DNA of 64,000 nt. Source: Promethearchaeati archaeon (GTDB lineage: Archaea > Asgardarchaeota > Heimdallarchaeia > Heimdallarchaeales > Heimdallarchaeaceae). The DNA is taken from positions 61,361 through 125,360 of the forward strand of contig JABLTJ010000014.1 of assembly GCA_013166775.1 (NCBI GenBank), written 5' to 3'. Shown piece after piece: positions 10,467 to 20,193 of the stretch. Numbering within the stretch: position 1 is the first letter of the stretch; each line of letters starts with the position of its first letter. Position numbers and translations under genes: made by a program. The notes beneath the pieces are model-generated. The model was not told the origin of the DNA. It did no database searches and was given only the letters and a program-made list of their open reading frames with translations.

Positions 10467-10468
10467 AG

Positions 10469-11011
10469 TTAACTTCTTAGTCGTCTAAATAAATCAGTAA
10501 GAATACCACCTGTAACTCCCCAAATCTTGTAGCTTTTATACCTATAATATGGAAGATTTAATCCTTCAAAATCTCCCATTACGTTGTTTTCAGGTTTGAT
10601 TAATTCAGTTATGGGAGCGAGAAAATAGTGTTCAACCTCTAAATTGTTAATCCTTATCTTAGAGTTCTCCTCCACTAAACCAACAAAAGGCAACACATAA
10701 TAATTGCTAATTGTGATTGATGGATTCAAGCTACCAATTAGGTTAATTTTATCGCTACTTATTCCTACTTCTTCTAATGTTTCTCGAAGAGCTGTGGTTT
10801 GAAGGTTCATATCCTCTTCATCAAAACGACCTCCAGGAAATGAGATTTGACCTTGATGGTGTCTTACTATCTGAGTTCTAAGTGTGAATAAAATCCTTTC
10901 ACTTTCTGAAAAGATTGGGATTAAAACTGCAGCTAATTTTAAATTTTTAATTGGTTCAATAGGAGCATCTAGAGGATCAACAGTGTTTCTAATTTTTTCA
11001 AGAATGTTCAT
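10469..11011 (-). CDS. Nudix CoA pyrophosphatase (NudL/NUDT7 family)
   Basis: AAVLIP, LFTLR..HHQGQISFPGG, Nudix box ALRETLEEVG, IWGVTG. Confidence 0.93.
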   Translation of the reverse strand: MNILEKIRNTVDPLDAPIEPIKNLKLAAVLIPIFSESERILFTLRTQIVRHHQGQISFPGGRFDEEDMNLQTTALRETLEEVGISSDKINLIGSLNPSITISNYYVLPFVGLVEENSKIRINNLEVEHYFLAPITELIKPENNVMGDFEGLNLPYYRYKSYKIWGVTGGILTDLFRRLRS

Positions 11012-11045
11012 TTTACTATCACATAAAAATAAGAAAGAAAAGAAA

Positions 11046-11690
11046 TTAGCTAAAAGTAGCTTTTACATCATCATCTAATTTTGCGACAATTTCTTCTACT
11101 TCTGTAAGTTCTTCAAGTTCTTTATACATCTTCTCAGCATAATCTGCATCTTTTTTCTTAATCCATGCAAGATTGATTTCGACGTTATGAACAGCTGATT
11201 TGAGACCAGTTAAAGCACATAATGCACCGACACCGATATCAGAAAGGGCTTGAACATTTCCTTTAGTTCCTAATTCATTCAGAATATCTATGACTTCTCT
11301 ACATGCTTTTACTGTTTCTAAAGGAATTTCAGCTGCAACTTTATATTCTGCTAGAATCTTTTCTGATCTTGCAACTACTTGTTCTTCAGAATCTTTAGGC
11401 ATTCCAAAAGCAGCTATAACTCCACTGAATGCATTTGCATCCTTATCTACTAATTCAGTGAGTTCTTTGCGAAGTTCTTCTGTTCTTTTAAGTTTCTTAT
11501 TGAATAAATCTTCAACATCTTCATAACCTTCCTTTCCAATGGTAAGTCGGGCAACCATAGAACCTAAAGCAGCACCCATTGCTCCTGCAATAGCAGCAGC
11601 AGCACCACCACCTGGAGCGGGTGTGGATGATGCAAGTTCATCTAGAAAATCTATTATTTTCATATCAACGAGAATTTTGTTTTCCATCAA
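11046..11690 (-). CDS. formiminotetrahydrofolate cyclodeaminase (FTCD C-terminal domain)
   Basis: FLDELASSTPAPGGGAAAA, KGNVQALSDIGVG, NVEINL; TTG start overlaps the upstream TGA stop. Confidence 0.93.
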   Translation of the reverse strand: MMENKILVDMKIIDFLDELASSTPAPGGGAAAAIAGAMGAALGSMVARLTIGKEGYEDVEDLFNKKLKRTEELRKELTELVDKDANAFSGVIAAFGMPKDSEEQVVARSEKILAEYKVAAEIPLETVKACREVIDILNELGTKGNVQALSDIGVGALCALTGLKSAVHNVEINLAWIKKKDADYAEKMYKELEELTEVEEIVAKLDDDVKATFS

Positions 11691-12583
11691 TATAGCCTCT
11701 TTTCAATTACTTGTTTTCTATCGAATTTATTTAATTGTAAATAGTATTCTGCAGCATCAAGCAGAGCATCAATTGGTAGCATACCATAGATTTCACTTTC
11801 AGTAACATTAACACCGAAACGTTGAGCTTCACGTTTAGCCATATCAAAGACTCTATGGATTGGAGTACTTTTGAAGTCAGTAATATTCATGGAAACTTGT
11901 ACGCATCCTCTTTCTTCAATGTTCATTGCTCCTGCTTGAATATGTCTTAGTCCTCCACCACTGAAACGTATGTTTCTAGCGATTTCTTTTGCAATTTCCA
12001 TATCATCTGTATCTAGATAGATATTGTAAGCAATAAGGAATTGTCTTGCTCCAATATTAATTGCACCAGCTTTGGTTAATTCTTTAGGACCATAATCAGG
12101 TTCATAAGCTGGATCCGTACCAATAGCTTCTTTCAACTGTTCATATTGGAATGATTTGGTTCTGAACTTCTGTAATACTTCTCTCTCAGGAACCTTAGCT
12201 GCAGCTCCATAGAGATAGGTAGGTATTTTTAATTCTTTACCAATTCTTTCTGCAAGTTTATCTGCAAGTTCCACACATTCTTCCAAAGTTATATCAGAAA
12301 TAGGGATAAAGGGAACAACATCAGTTGCACCAAATCGGTTATGTTCTCCTTCATGTTCATCCATATCGATTAGCTCTGCAGCTTTTTTACATCCAGCAAA
12401 TGCAGCTTTTACACATTCTTCAGGCTCTCCTATAAATGTTATAACAGCACGATTATGATCAGGATCACATCTACTATCCAAAAGAGTAATTTTTCCTCCT
12501 TTCTCAATAGCTTTAACAATTTGGTCAACTATTTTTTGTCGTCTTCCTTCACTAAAATTGGGAACGCACTCTACTAAGGGCAT
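11687..12583 (-). CDS. ftcD: glutamate formimidoyltransferase
   Basis: LVECVPNFSEGR, DPDHNR, HEGEHNRFGATDVVPFIP, GARQFLIAYN, VQVSMN; AAGGTGA RBS. Confidence 0.95.
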   Translation of the reverse strand: MPLVECVPNFSEGRRQKIVDQIVKAIEKGGKITLLDSRCDPDHNRAVITFIGEPEECVKAAFAGCKKAAELIDMDEHEGEHNRFGATDVVPFIPISDITLEECVELADKLAERIGKELKIPTYLYGAAAKVPEREVLQKFRTKSFQYEQLKEAIGTDPAYEPDYGPKELTKAGAINIGARQFLIAYNIYLDTDDMEIAKEIARNIRFSGGGLRHIQAGAMNIEERGCVQVSMNITDFKSTPIHRVFDMAKREAQRFGVNVTESEIYGMLPIDALLDAAEYYLQLNKFDRKQVIEKRLY

Positions 12584-12679
12584 ATTTTCACCTTGCTAAC
12601 TAATCAACTTCATGTTTTAAGTTTAATCATTAGTATTATTTTTTTTATAAAAAAATAGTAAAACGGAAAAAGAGCATTA

Positions 12680-13987
12680 TTAAATCTCTCTAATAATGTC
12701 TCGTAAGATAGCGAGTCCTTCATCAATTTCGTTCTTCTGAATATTAAGAGGAGGTCGAAAACGAATTGATTTCACACCACTTGCCAGAATGAGGAGAGAT
12801 TTATCATATGCAGTTTGTTTTATTTTATCTCTAAGATCTGTTGTTTGGAGATCAAAGGCAATCATGAATCCTTTACCTCTAGCATTTGAAATCTTTTCAG
12901 GATAATCGTTTTGAATTTCGATGAGCTGGTTAAGCATATATTCACCATTCTTTGCAGTTTTATCAATGAGATTTTCCTTTTCAATTATTTCTAGATATTT
13001 TGTTGCTCGAACCATATCAACAAGATTACCTCCCCAGGTTGAGTTGATTCTAGAACTTTCTTCAAATACATTATTCTTAACTTCCTTTACTCTATCAGAA
13101 GCTAAAATTCCACAAACTTGCATCTTCTTTCCGAAACTAATAATATCGGGTTTAGCGTTTTCAAAATGCTCAAAACACCAGAATTTTCCAGTTAAACCAA
13201 CACCTGTCTGTATTTCATCATAGATTAGCATTATTTCATTCTTATCAGCTATATTACGAAGCTTTGCCATGAATTCTGTTCTGAAATGATTATCTCCTCC
13301 CTCTCCTTGTATTGGTTCTATGAGTAGAGCAGCGATATCGTTTCCATATTTGTCAATTGCTTCATCAATTTGTGAGATACTTTGCTCTTCTGATGAAATG
13401 ACTTGTTCCAAATATTCTTCGACAGGAAATTTCATGGTTGGATTAATTACTCTCGGCCAATCTTTGAACTTGGGGAAGTATTTTGTTTTTCTTGGATCAA
13501 ATGTATTAGTTAAGGATAACGTATAACCACTTCGTCCGTGGAAGCTCTGTTGAAAGTGGATAACTTTTGTTCCTAATTCACCCTCTACACCCTTAACAAA
13601 GTTCTTTCTAACCTTCCAATCAAATGAGGATTTCAAAGCATTTTCTACTGCTAAAGCTCCTCCACTGATTAGGAAAAGATTAGGAAGGAAACCAGGTATA
13701 CCAATCCTATCAAAAGTATCAACAAATTCAGCCATTTCATCAGTATAAAAATCTGAACAGCTTGGTTTGTTAACAGCTACATAAGCAAGTTTATCCAGAA
13801 ATTCTTTATTTATCATTTCAGGATGATTCATACCTACGGGAGAAGAAGCAAAAAACGAGAATAAATCTAAGAAAGACTTACCAGTTTTCTTATCAACAAT
13901 TCGACAACCTTGACTCTTTTGTAAATCAAGAATCAGCGGATATCCATCAACTAACATATGACGAGAGAGAATTTCTAAAGCACCCAT
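12680..13987 (-). CDS. lat: L-lysine 6-transaminase (class III PLP aminotransferase)
   Basis: HMLVDG, FLDLFSFFAS, NKPSCSD, GALAVENALK, EPIQGEGGDNHF, DEIQTG, FGKK, SSRINSTWGGNLVDM; AAGGTGA RBS. Confidence 0.95.
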   Translation of the reverse strand: MGALEILSRHMLVDGYPLILDLQKSQGCRIVDKKTGKSFLDLFSFFASSPVGMNHPEMINKEFLDKLAYVAVNKPSCSDFYTDEMAEFVDTFDRIGIPGFLPNLFLISGGALAVENALKSSFDWKVRKNFVKGVEGELGTKVIHFQQSFHGRSGYTLSLTNTFDPRKTKYFPKFKDWPRVINPTMKFPVEEYLEQVISSEEQSISQIDEAIDKYGNDIAALLIEPIQGEGGDNHFRTEFMAKLRNIADKNEIMLIYDEIQTGVGLTGKFWCFEHFENAKPDIISFGKKMQVCGILASDRVKEVKNNVFEESSRINSTWGGNLVDMVRATKYLEIIEKENLIDKTAKNGEYMLNQLIEIQNDYPEKISNARGKGFMIAFDLQTTDLRDKIKQTAYDKSLLILASGVKSIRFRPPLNIQKNEIDEGLAILRDIIREI

Positions 13988-14081
13988 TCATACTCACCTT
14001 ACGTTTGACAGAAACTTCATACCTTTTAAATTGAACTCAACGGACACGAAAATTATTCAAAAATTAAATAATTGAAAAAAA

Positions 14082-14201
14082 TGCCCATCAAGATAGAGGA
14101 AGAGTGTGGCGTAGCCTATATACTCAGAGCAAAGCGTAGCCACCTTAGATTCCTCAGATCAGGCAAGGGGTCTCCGTCATCTCTGACGGCGCCTATTGGC
14201 A
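14082..14201 (-). ncRNA. putative 120-nt structured non-coding RNA of unknown class
   Basis: GC-rich island in an AT-rich spacer; terminal stem UGCC/GGCA; hairpin CCGUCA-GAGA-UGACGG; nested helices GAGGAA/UUCCUC and GUGGC/GCCAC; TATA-like box about 26 nt upstream and U7 tract directly downstream on the minus strand. Confidence 0.6.
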
Positions 14202-14219
14202 TAAAAACATCAATTTTTT

Positions 14220-14227
14220 CTTTTAAA
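14220..14227 (-). promoter_or_regulatory. TATA-like box (TTTAAAAG) for the ncRNA candidate
   Basis: Begins about 26 nt upstream of the predicted 5' end at 14201, typical archaeal spacing. Confidence 0.45.
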
Positions 14228-14329
14228 TAGATTCTAATAGTTTCATCCGCAAATAATATTAAGAAATTTACAATCCTTTAAAAGTGTCCATAACAGTTTG
14301 TTAGTATCTGTCTCTAGAAGGGGAGATTA

Positions 14330-14551
14330 ATGAGAAAGATTGTTAGGATAGGATTAGCAGTTTTAGCAGTTATTGGATTAGTTCTTTCAATTCTAGTAAT
14401 TTATCAATATACCAGAGTCAGAGGAGTAGATTACCAATGGTTAGAAGGGGAACCTGAAGATTACGGATTCAAATGGAATAAAATAGCAGCTACTTATCTC
14501 GTAGCAGAAAGAATGCCTTTTCTCCGAAGTGTGCTAATAATGCTCCTATGA
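14330..14551 (+). CDS. small protein with N-terminal TM/signal anchor, possibly truncated
   Basis: GGGGAG RBS before ATG; hydrophobic N-terminus; 3' end overlaps the convergent ORF. Confidence 0.45.
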   Translation: MRKIVRIGLAVLAVIGLVLSILVIYQYTRVRGVDYQWLEGEPEDYGFKWNKIAATYLVAERMPFLRSVLIMLL

Positions 14552-14723
14552 ACCCCCCAGTAACATTGAATCTCAAGATTGGTGCTACAGCATACCATGT
14601 TCTTATAAAGAATGTAATTGCAACAGGAATCAAAAGAATAATTGCTATTAGAATGAAATATGGTTTTATAGTTGGAAGATTATTATTCAACTTAATCTTT
14701 AATTCTTTTTTCTCTACTGTCAT
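14490..14723 (-). CDS. small two-TM membrane protein
   Basis: 77 aa with two hydrophobic segments. Confidence 0.5.
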   Translation of the reverse strand: MTVEKKELKIKLNNNLPTIKPYFILIAIILLIPVAITFFIRTWYAVAPILRFNVTGGFIGALLAHFGEKAFFLLRDK

Positions 14724-14932
14724 GTTTACTCATCATCTTTGAATGAAATTTGTTCAACATATTTTATCCTTTTGCTGATTTATAAATCTGAGTTTCTGGG
14801 AAAAAATGTGCTTTAGCATTATTTTGATTTGAAACAACTACAAAGATGTCTATCTGAAAATGAAAGATTCCATTCTTCTATAGAAAGGGTTTATTAATTG
14901 TAAAGATAAAACAGTATCGATTCACGAAAGGG

Positions 14933-16282
14933 ATGTCAATGAAAAACTCAAGTTCATTCTCAAAATTAATTTTTCTTATTTTATTGTATTTTTTGTTTAT
15001 TTCTACCATTAATGCTTTGTCAGTACAAGATACTTCTCAGAGCTTCAATGACAATTCTATAAGAAGTAATCTGAATGTAAAAGAAAAAGAATCTTTTGCA
15101 TATTCCTATACTCCTCACGAACCAATTGATATCACATATGATGCAGGTTTTTCCTTCTATGGGTTTCCAGGTTCAGGGACAGAAGCTGACCCCTATATCA
15201 TTGAAGGTTATAATATTACAACAACAACTACAGAACTCCCAAGACTTGCTATATCGATAACTGATACAACAAAACACTTTGTTATTCGTAATTGTTATGT
15301 CAATACTAATGCAACTTATTGGGGTTGGGGAGGGCGTGGAATTAGAATACTCTACACGGCTTATGGAACAGTTTCTATTCTTAACAACCATATAACAGGT
15401 AATTCAGATGGCATATTCCTGAGCGGATGTGCAGGTAGCATAGTATCTAACAACTTCTGCTTAGGGAATTCTAACGCAATTGAGTTAACATCTTGCCCTC
15501 AATCAATAGTTAACAACAACACATGTAACTTCAATGGAGAGGGAATTGAATTTTCGGAATGTTCTGATACAGTAGTATTTGATAACACATGTGAGAATAA
15601 TTATGGCCCTGGAATAGAGTTATATGGAGAAATGGAGAATTGTTTGGTTTATGACAATCACATTAAAGGAAGTACACGATTTGCAATAACCATACAGATA
15701 CAATCATCAAAGAATTTTATTTTTAGGAATACGTTTATTGATAATAATATTGGAGGTACTTCGCAAGCTGAAGATAATGGAAAGAGAAACAAATGGTATA
15801 ATCCAGAAACGGAAGAAGGGAATTATTGGTCAGATTTAGGAGAGGAATGTAAGTATTCAATAGATGGATATTCCAATTCAAAAGATCTCTATCCTTTGAA
15901 TAGAGCTGAAACATGTTCAAATCCAAAAGTTGGTTCAACCCTTGCGATTGTTTTACCGATTTTAGCAGGTGCTGCTATTCTTGCATTTATTATCCCCAAG
16001 TATATTATTCCATATCATAGAGAGAAAAATCTCTGGAAGAGCTTTAAGAGATTCATCAATAAGTACAAAAAAGTGATTTATGGTTTACTAGTTATTTTAT
16101 TTATAGTTGGAGGTTTTGTTCTGTTTATAGGATTAATGAAATACTTGTGGACAGCGGATATAGATGCTGCTCTTATTACTGGAGCTACCATTTGCTCTTC
16201 AATAGTTGGTATTGTGATAAGTTTAGGGATCACTAAAGCATTAAAACCGAAAAAAGAGGTTGAGATAAAGCAAGATGAATAG
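14933..16282 (+). CDS. membrane-anchored right-handed beta-helix (NosD/CASH-like) surface protein
   Basis: Signal peptide; N-cap PHEPI...GSGTEADPYIIE; Asn-ladder repeats; C-cap GNYWSD...DLYPL; three C-terminal TM helices. Confidence 0.88.
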   Translation: MSMKNSSSFSKLIFLILLYFLFISTINALSVQDTSQSFNDNSIRSNLNVKEKESFAYSYTPHEPIDITYDAGFSFYGFPGSGTEADPYIIEGYNITTTTTELPRLAISITDTTKHFVIRNCYVNTNATYWGWGGRGIRILYTAYGTVSILNNHITGNSDGIFLSGCAGSIVSNNFCLGNSNAIELTSCPQSIVNNNTCNFNGEGIEFSECSDTVVFDNTCENNYGPGIELYGEMENCLVYDNHIKGSTRFAITIQIQSSKNFIFRNTFIDNNIGGTSQAEDNGKRNKWYNPETEEGNYWSDLGEECKYSIDGYSNSKDLYPLNRAETCSNPKVGSTLAIVLPILAGAAILAFIIPKYIIPYHREKNLWKSFKRFINKYKKVIYGLLVILFIVGGFVLFIGLMKYLWTADIDAALITGATICSSIVGIVISLGITKALKPKKEVEIKQDE

Positions 16283-16344
16283 AAATAAATCATTCTTTCC
16301 ATCATGTTTTTTTATTAAAAACTTCTAATCTAGATGATGAGAAT

Positions 16345-17199
16345 ATGACTGACACAAAAATCTATGTTGGTTGTACTGGTTTCAACTATGATGATTGGAT
16401 GGCTAACAAAGGAGGTTTTTATCCCCCCAACATAGAGAAATTTGAACTACTTGGTTTCTATTCTACAGTATTCCCCACTTGTGAAATCAATTCAACTTTC
16501 TATGCATTTCCACGTTCTACTAGTACTTCCAGATGGGCAAAATTACTCCCTGTTGATTTTGTTTTAACTGCTAAACTCCCTAAGATGATTTGTCAAGCTC
16601 CTGATATCTCTTTAGTAGAAGATAAGTTAACAGATTTTCTCAAAGTAATGAGTCCACTGAAGAAAAACTTAGGTCCTTTTGTTTGTCAGTTTGCTCCAAA
16701 TTTTGATAAGAGAGAGGAATCCCTATCTCAACTATTGAAGTTCTTAGGTTTCTTTCCATTTGGTGATTATGACATGGTAATGGAATTTAGGCATGATACT
16801 TGGTTTAATCAAGAAACCTATGATATACTCAACGATCATAATCTAGGAATGGTTAGCTCTTTCCTACCTTACATAAAATTCAACCTTTACGAAGATGTTA
16901 AGCGAGATTATTTTTACATGAGATTGATTGGTTCTCATAAACAAGAAATAGGAGATGGGAAGGAAGTTGTAGACAGAACAAGCCTAATGAAAGAAACAGC
17001 TGATACAATGGAAAAAGCTTTCAAAAATAATCCAAATAAGAAATCAGCTTATGTATTCATCAATAATCATTTCAGCGGATATGCCCCTCCTGCAGCCTCA
17101 AAATTTAAAGAAATGTTAGAGAAAAGAAGACTCCAAACAGTCACACCAGCAATTACATCTTTCAAAGGTCAACAGAAATTATCTGATTTCTTTGGATAA
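16345..17199 (+). CDS. DUF72 family protein
   Basis: IYVGCTGFNYDDW...FYP, EINSTFY, EFRH, YMRLIG, VFINNHFSGYAP. Confidence 0.92.
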   Translation: MTDTKIYVGCTGFNYDDWMANKGGFYPPNIEKFELLGFYSTVFPTCEINSTFYAFPRSTSTSRWAKLLPVDFVLTAKLPKMICQAPDISLVEDKLTDFLKVMSPLKKNLGPFVCQFAPNFDKREESLSQLLKFLGFFPFGDYDMVMEFRHDTWFNQETYDILNDHNLGMVSSFLPYIKFNLYEDVKRDYFYMRLIGSHKQEIGDGKEVVDRTSLMKETADTMEKAFKNNPNKKSAYVFINNHFSGYAPPAASKFKEMLEKRRLQTVTPAITSFKGQQKLSDFFG

Positions 17200-17566
17200 A
17201 CTAAGCGTGTTCGGTTCTTCCAGATTCAGAGTTAAAAAATAATACTTCAAACCTATGTAAGAACCAGATAGGAACATACTTAACAAAATTCCTGAAGAAA
17301 TAAAGAAAATTCGTTTTATTGGGTAATCAGTCAATAATTGTGATTTTACTTCTCTCATATTCTTCACATCAGATATTTTCTATTTATGTGTCAAATACTG
17401 ATTCTAATTTGAATTGATTTAAGAATTGTGCTTGAAAATAGTGAAAAAGTATGGATTTTAATTAGAGATCTAAGGCAGATAAAATAATGAATATCTTTAA
17501 AAAGATTAATGATGAATTCAATCAATTTCTTATGAGTAAACTAGTGCTATGAAAGGATGAATTAAT

Positions 17567-18676
17567 TTGAAGAAAAACAAGGTCTATCTCCATTCAATTG
17601 CTACAACTGTTCCAGAAACATACTATACACAAAAATTTGCTTTAAAATATATGAAAAAGATTGTCGCTGATACTCCTTATAAGAAAATATTCTTGAATAA
17701 AGTCTACAAAGGTACAGAAATCAGAAAACGACATACTATCATTGATGATTATGGGAAAAAGCCTAGTGAGTTCACTTTCTATCCCAAAAATAAAACTCTT
17801 AGACCAGAGCCTACAACTAAACAAAGAAATGATCTTTATGCGAAAGAAGCTTTAAGACTGGGAAAGCAAGCAGTTGAGAAGTTATTCAATGCAAATCCTG
17901 GGTTTGATAAGAATAAAATTACTCATATCTTGACGGTAACTTGTACTGGTTTTGATGCTCCAGGACTTGATTATTATATTGTAAAGGATTTTGAATTAAA
18001 CCCGAAAATGAATCGATACATTCTAGGATTCATGGGTTGTCAAGCTGCTATCAATGCCTTGAAATTAGCTGAGGATCTATGTCTTTCTAATCCAGAGGCA
18101 AGAGTTTTGATAGTTAATGTTGAGTTATGCTCTGTACATTTACAGCAAATATGGGAACTAGACCAAGTTATAGCAAATGCTATTTTTGCTGATGGTATTT
18201 CAGCAGCCTTGGTTTCTAGTGTTGAAAATGACTGTGATGGAAATAAATTTGTTCTACATGATTTTACTACAAATATTGTACAAGGAACAGAAGAAGATAT
18301 GGCTTGGAATATAGGTAATACAGGATTTGGAATGAAATTAACAGTAAATGTTCCAAGAGTAGTTAAAGCAAACCTTGCTAGTATTTTAGGTGAGCTTCTT
18401 GATAAAACCAATAGAACTAAAGACGAAATAAAAATATGGGCAATTCATCCTGGTGGAAAAACAATTCTAACCAAAGCAGAGCAAGCACTGGATTTAACTT
18501 CAGAGGATCTTGATTCTTCGTATCATATTATGAGAGAGTATGGAAATATGAGCTCAGCAACGATAATGTTTGTTCTTGAACATATCTTAAGAGATACTAC
18601 AAAAAAAGGTTTTACATTCGCCACATCTTTTGGTCCAGGTATGACTATTGAAGCTGCATTATTGGAGAAGATATAA
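17567..18676 (+). CDS. type III polyketide synthase (chalcone synthase-like)
   Basis: Catalytic Cys (FMGCQAA), His (AIHPGG) and Asn (YGNMSS); VTCTG, ELCS, FADG, FGPG. Confidence 0.93.
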   Translation: MKKNKVYLHSIATTVPETYYTQKFALKYMKKIVADTPYKKIFLNKVYKGTEIRKRHTIIDDYGKKPSEFTFYPKNKTLRPEPTTKQRNDLYAKEALRLGKQAVEKLFNANPGFDKNKITHILTVTCTGFDAPGLDYYIVKDFELNPKMNRYILGFMGCQAAINALKLAEDLCLSNPEARVLIVNVELCSVHLQQIWELDQVIANAIFADGISAALVSSVENDCDGNKFVLHDFTTNIVQGTEEDMAWNIGNTGFGMKLTVNVPRVVKANLASILGELLDKTNRTKDEIKIWAIHPGGKTILTKAEQALDLTSEDLDSSYHIMREYGNMSSATIMFVLEHILRDTTKKGFTFATSFGPGMTIEAALLEKI

Positions 18677-18703
18677 TATAGAAAGAGCTGAAAATGAATC
18701 TAA

Positions 18704-20134
18704 TTAGTATTTTATTTTTTTCCACATTTTCTTAGCTGATTTATTCCCTCCATAACCGAGTAATCTACCAATGTAAGGCCAAATAGGATTCAAGAAAGGA
18801 AGGTTCATAACTATCCAATTAGCGATTTTATGAGGCCATGTATACACATGATTATACTCACAATCTGAGATACAATTTGAGCAATCTCCACCATTTTCTA
18901 ACCAGAATAGATAGCAAGTTTCAACATCTATATACCACTTCTTCACTCCAGGATTGTTACTTACACTGTAGGTTTTGTAAGATGTTTTTTTATCAAATGG
19001 TATAGAAGCACTTGGACACTTATCAGCACAAGTCATGCATGTTTCGCAGAATTTCTCAACGGATTTAGCAAATTTGTAATCTGGTTTATCTGCAACTAAA
19101 GGCATGTCGGTTAGTATCTTAGCAACTCTCACTCTTGGTCCATATTTCTTTGTAATCAGCAGTCCATGTCTTCCAAATCCTCCAAGTCCTGCTTCTATAG
19201 CTAAAGGTACTGATAATCCAAGAGAATTACCTGCTGGAATTGCTTCATATCCTAGGTTCTTAATAAAACTAGCTACTAGAGTTCTAACAAAAGCTTGTTT
19301 TGAATAACCTAAACCAGTCGCTATTCCACTTGGCATTTTTGGTGAAGTATTTATCGCATTGAAATCCATTTCAACTGCAATTACAACAGCGAATTTGATA
19401 TCTTTTGAAATAACATATTCTCTGTCCATTCTATCATGAGAGTAAATCCACTTTGTGTCAAAAGGTGCAATTCCTACGAGATTAGCTCCATAAAGAATTG
19501 CTATTTTCTTAAGGAATTTGGTCATCTCTTCTGGATCTTCAACCTTGTATTTTTGTGGTTTCTGTATATCATAATTTACTAGATCCATTTCTCCTTTCTG
19601 CTGCTGCTCTCTCATCTTTTTAGAATCTTCTTTATTGAGAGTCTTGATTCGATCGGTCATAAATTCCCTCATCGAAACCATGTTTTCTATTGACCAAGCT
19701 GCATCAACAGCTGCACTTTCTAGTTCAGAGTATCCATCTAAACCTTGAGCAGCTCTTTCAGATGCTTTCTCAAAAATAGGTTTCTTGTATCCTTCAAAAT
19801 CTTCATCCCACATTCTTCTTGAAAAAATCGTTAATTTTTCATTGAAAGATTCATAAACATCTGCATTTATCTCAAAAATCTCTTTCTTTTTTTCGTTAGT
19901 TTTCAAGATCTTTGGTGTGATTCGTTTTTTATCATCTATCTCTACTTCAATTGCTTCAAAAGGGCAAACATAAACACATTGTAAACAGTTAATACAATTC
20001 TTATGATTTATTTCTGCGATTTCTTTTTCTATTTTTATCGCTATTTTTCCTTTTTTATTTTGGGGACAAACATCTACGCATTCATGTTCGCATTTATTTG
20101 GAGAACAGATTTTCTCTAAAATAAGAAGACTCAT
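18704..20134 (-). CDS. cobalamin-dependent reductive dehalogenase-family protein with N-terminal RLI-like ferredoxin
   Basis: N-terminal CSPNKCEHECVDVCP and CINCLQCVYVCP; GANLVGIA, LAIEAGLGGFGRHGLLITKKYGPRVR, LTDMPL; CETCMTCADKCP and C-x10-CSNCISDC. Confidence 0.85.
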   Translation of the reverse strand: MSLLILEKICSPNKCEHECVDVCPQNKKGKIAIKIEKEIAEINHKNCINCLQCVYVCPFEAIEVEIDDKKRITPKILKTNEKKKEIFEINADVYESFNEKLTIFSRRMWDEDFEGYKKPIFEKASERAAQGLDGYSELESAAVDAAWSIENMVSMREFMTDRIKTLNKEDSKKMREQQQKGEMDLVNYDIQKPQKYKVEDPEEMTKFLKKIAILYGANLVGIAPFDTKWIYSHDRMDREYVISKDIKFAVVIAVEMDFNAINTSPKMPSGIATGLGYSKQAFVRTLVASFIKNLGYEAIPAGNSLGLSVPLAIEAGLGGFGRHGLLITKKYGPRVRVAKILTDMPLVADKPDYKFAKSVEKFCETCMTCADKCPSASIPFDKKTSYKTYSVSNNPGVKKWYIDVETCYLFWLENGGDCSNCISDCEYNHVYTWPHKIANWIVMNLPFLNPIWPYIGRLLGYGGNKSAKKMWKKIKY

Positions 20135-20193
20135 CAGTCAAGAACAAAAATTCAGCTAAATATAAGTTTTGGTCAATTTTCGGAATATTGTTA

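Noticed and set aside
14082-14201. Identification as 5S rRNA, TPP/ZTP/lysine riboswitch, hammerhead or SRP Alu domain
   Set aside because: Length fits 5S but the CCGAAC loop is absent; no UGAGA for TPP; CUGAGGA is present but no GAAA for a hammerhead; other resemblances are only a few nucleotides
17179-17367. 62-aa minus-strand ORF with one hydrophobic stretch
   Set aside because: Overlaps the DUF72 stop and has no clear RBS or family; at most a remnant
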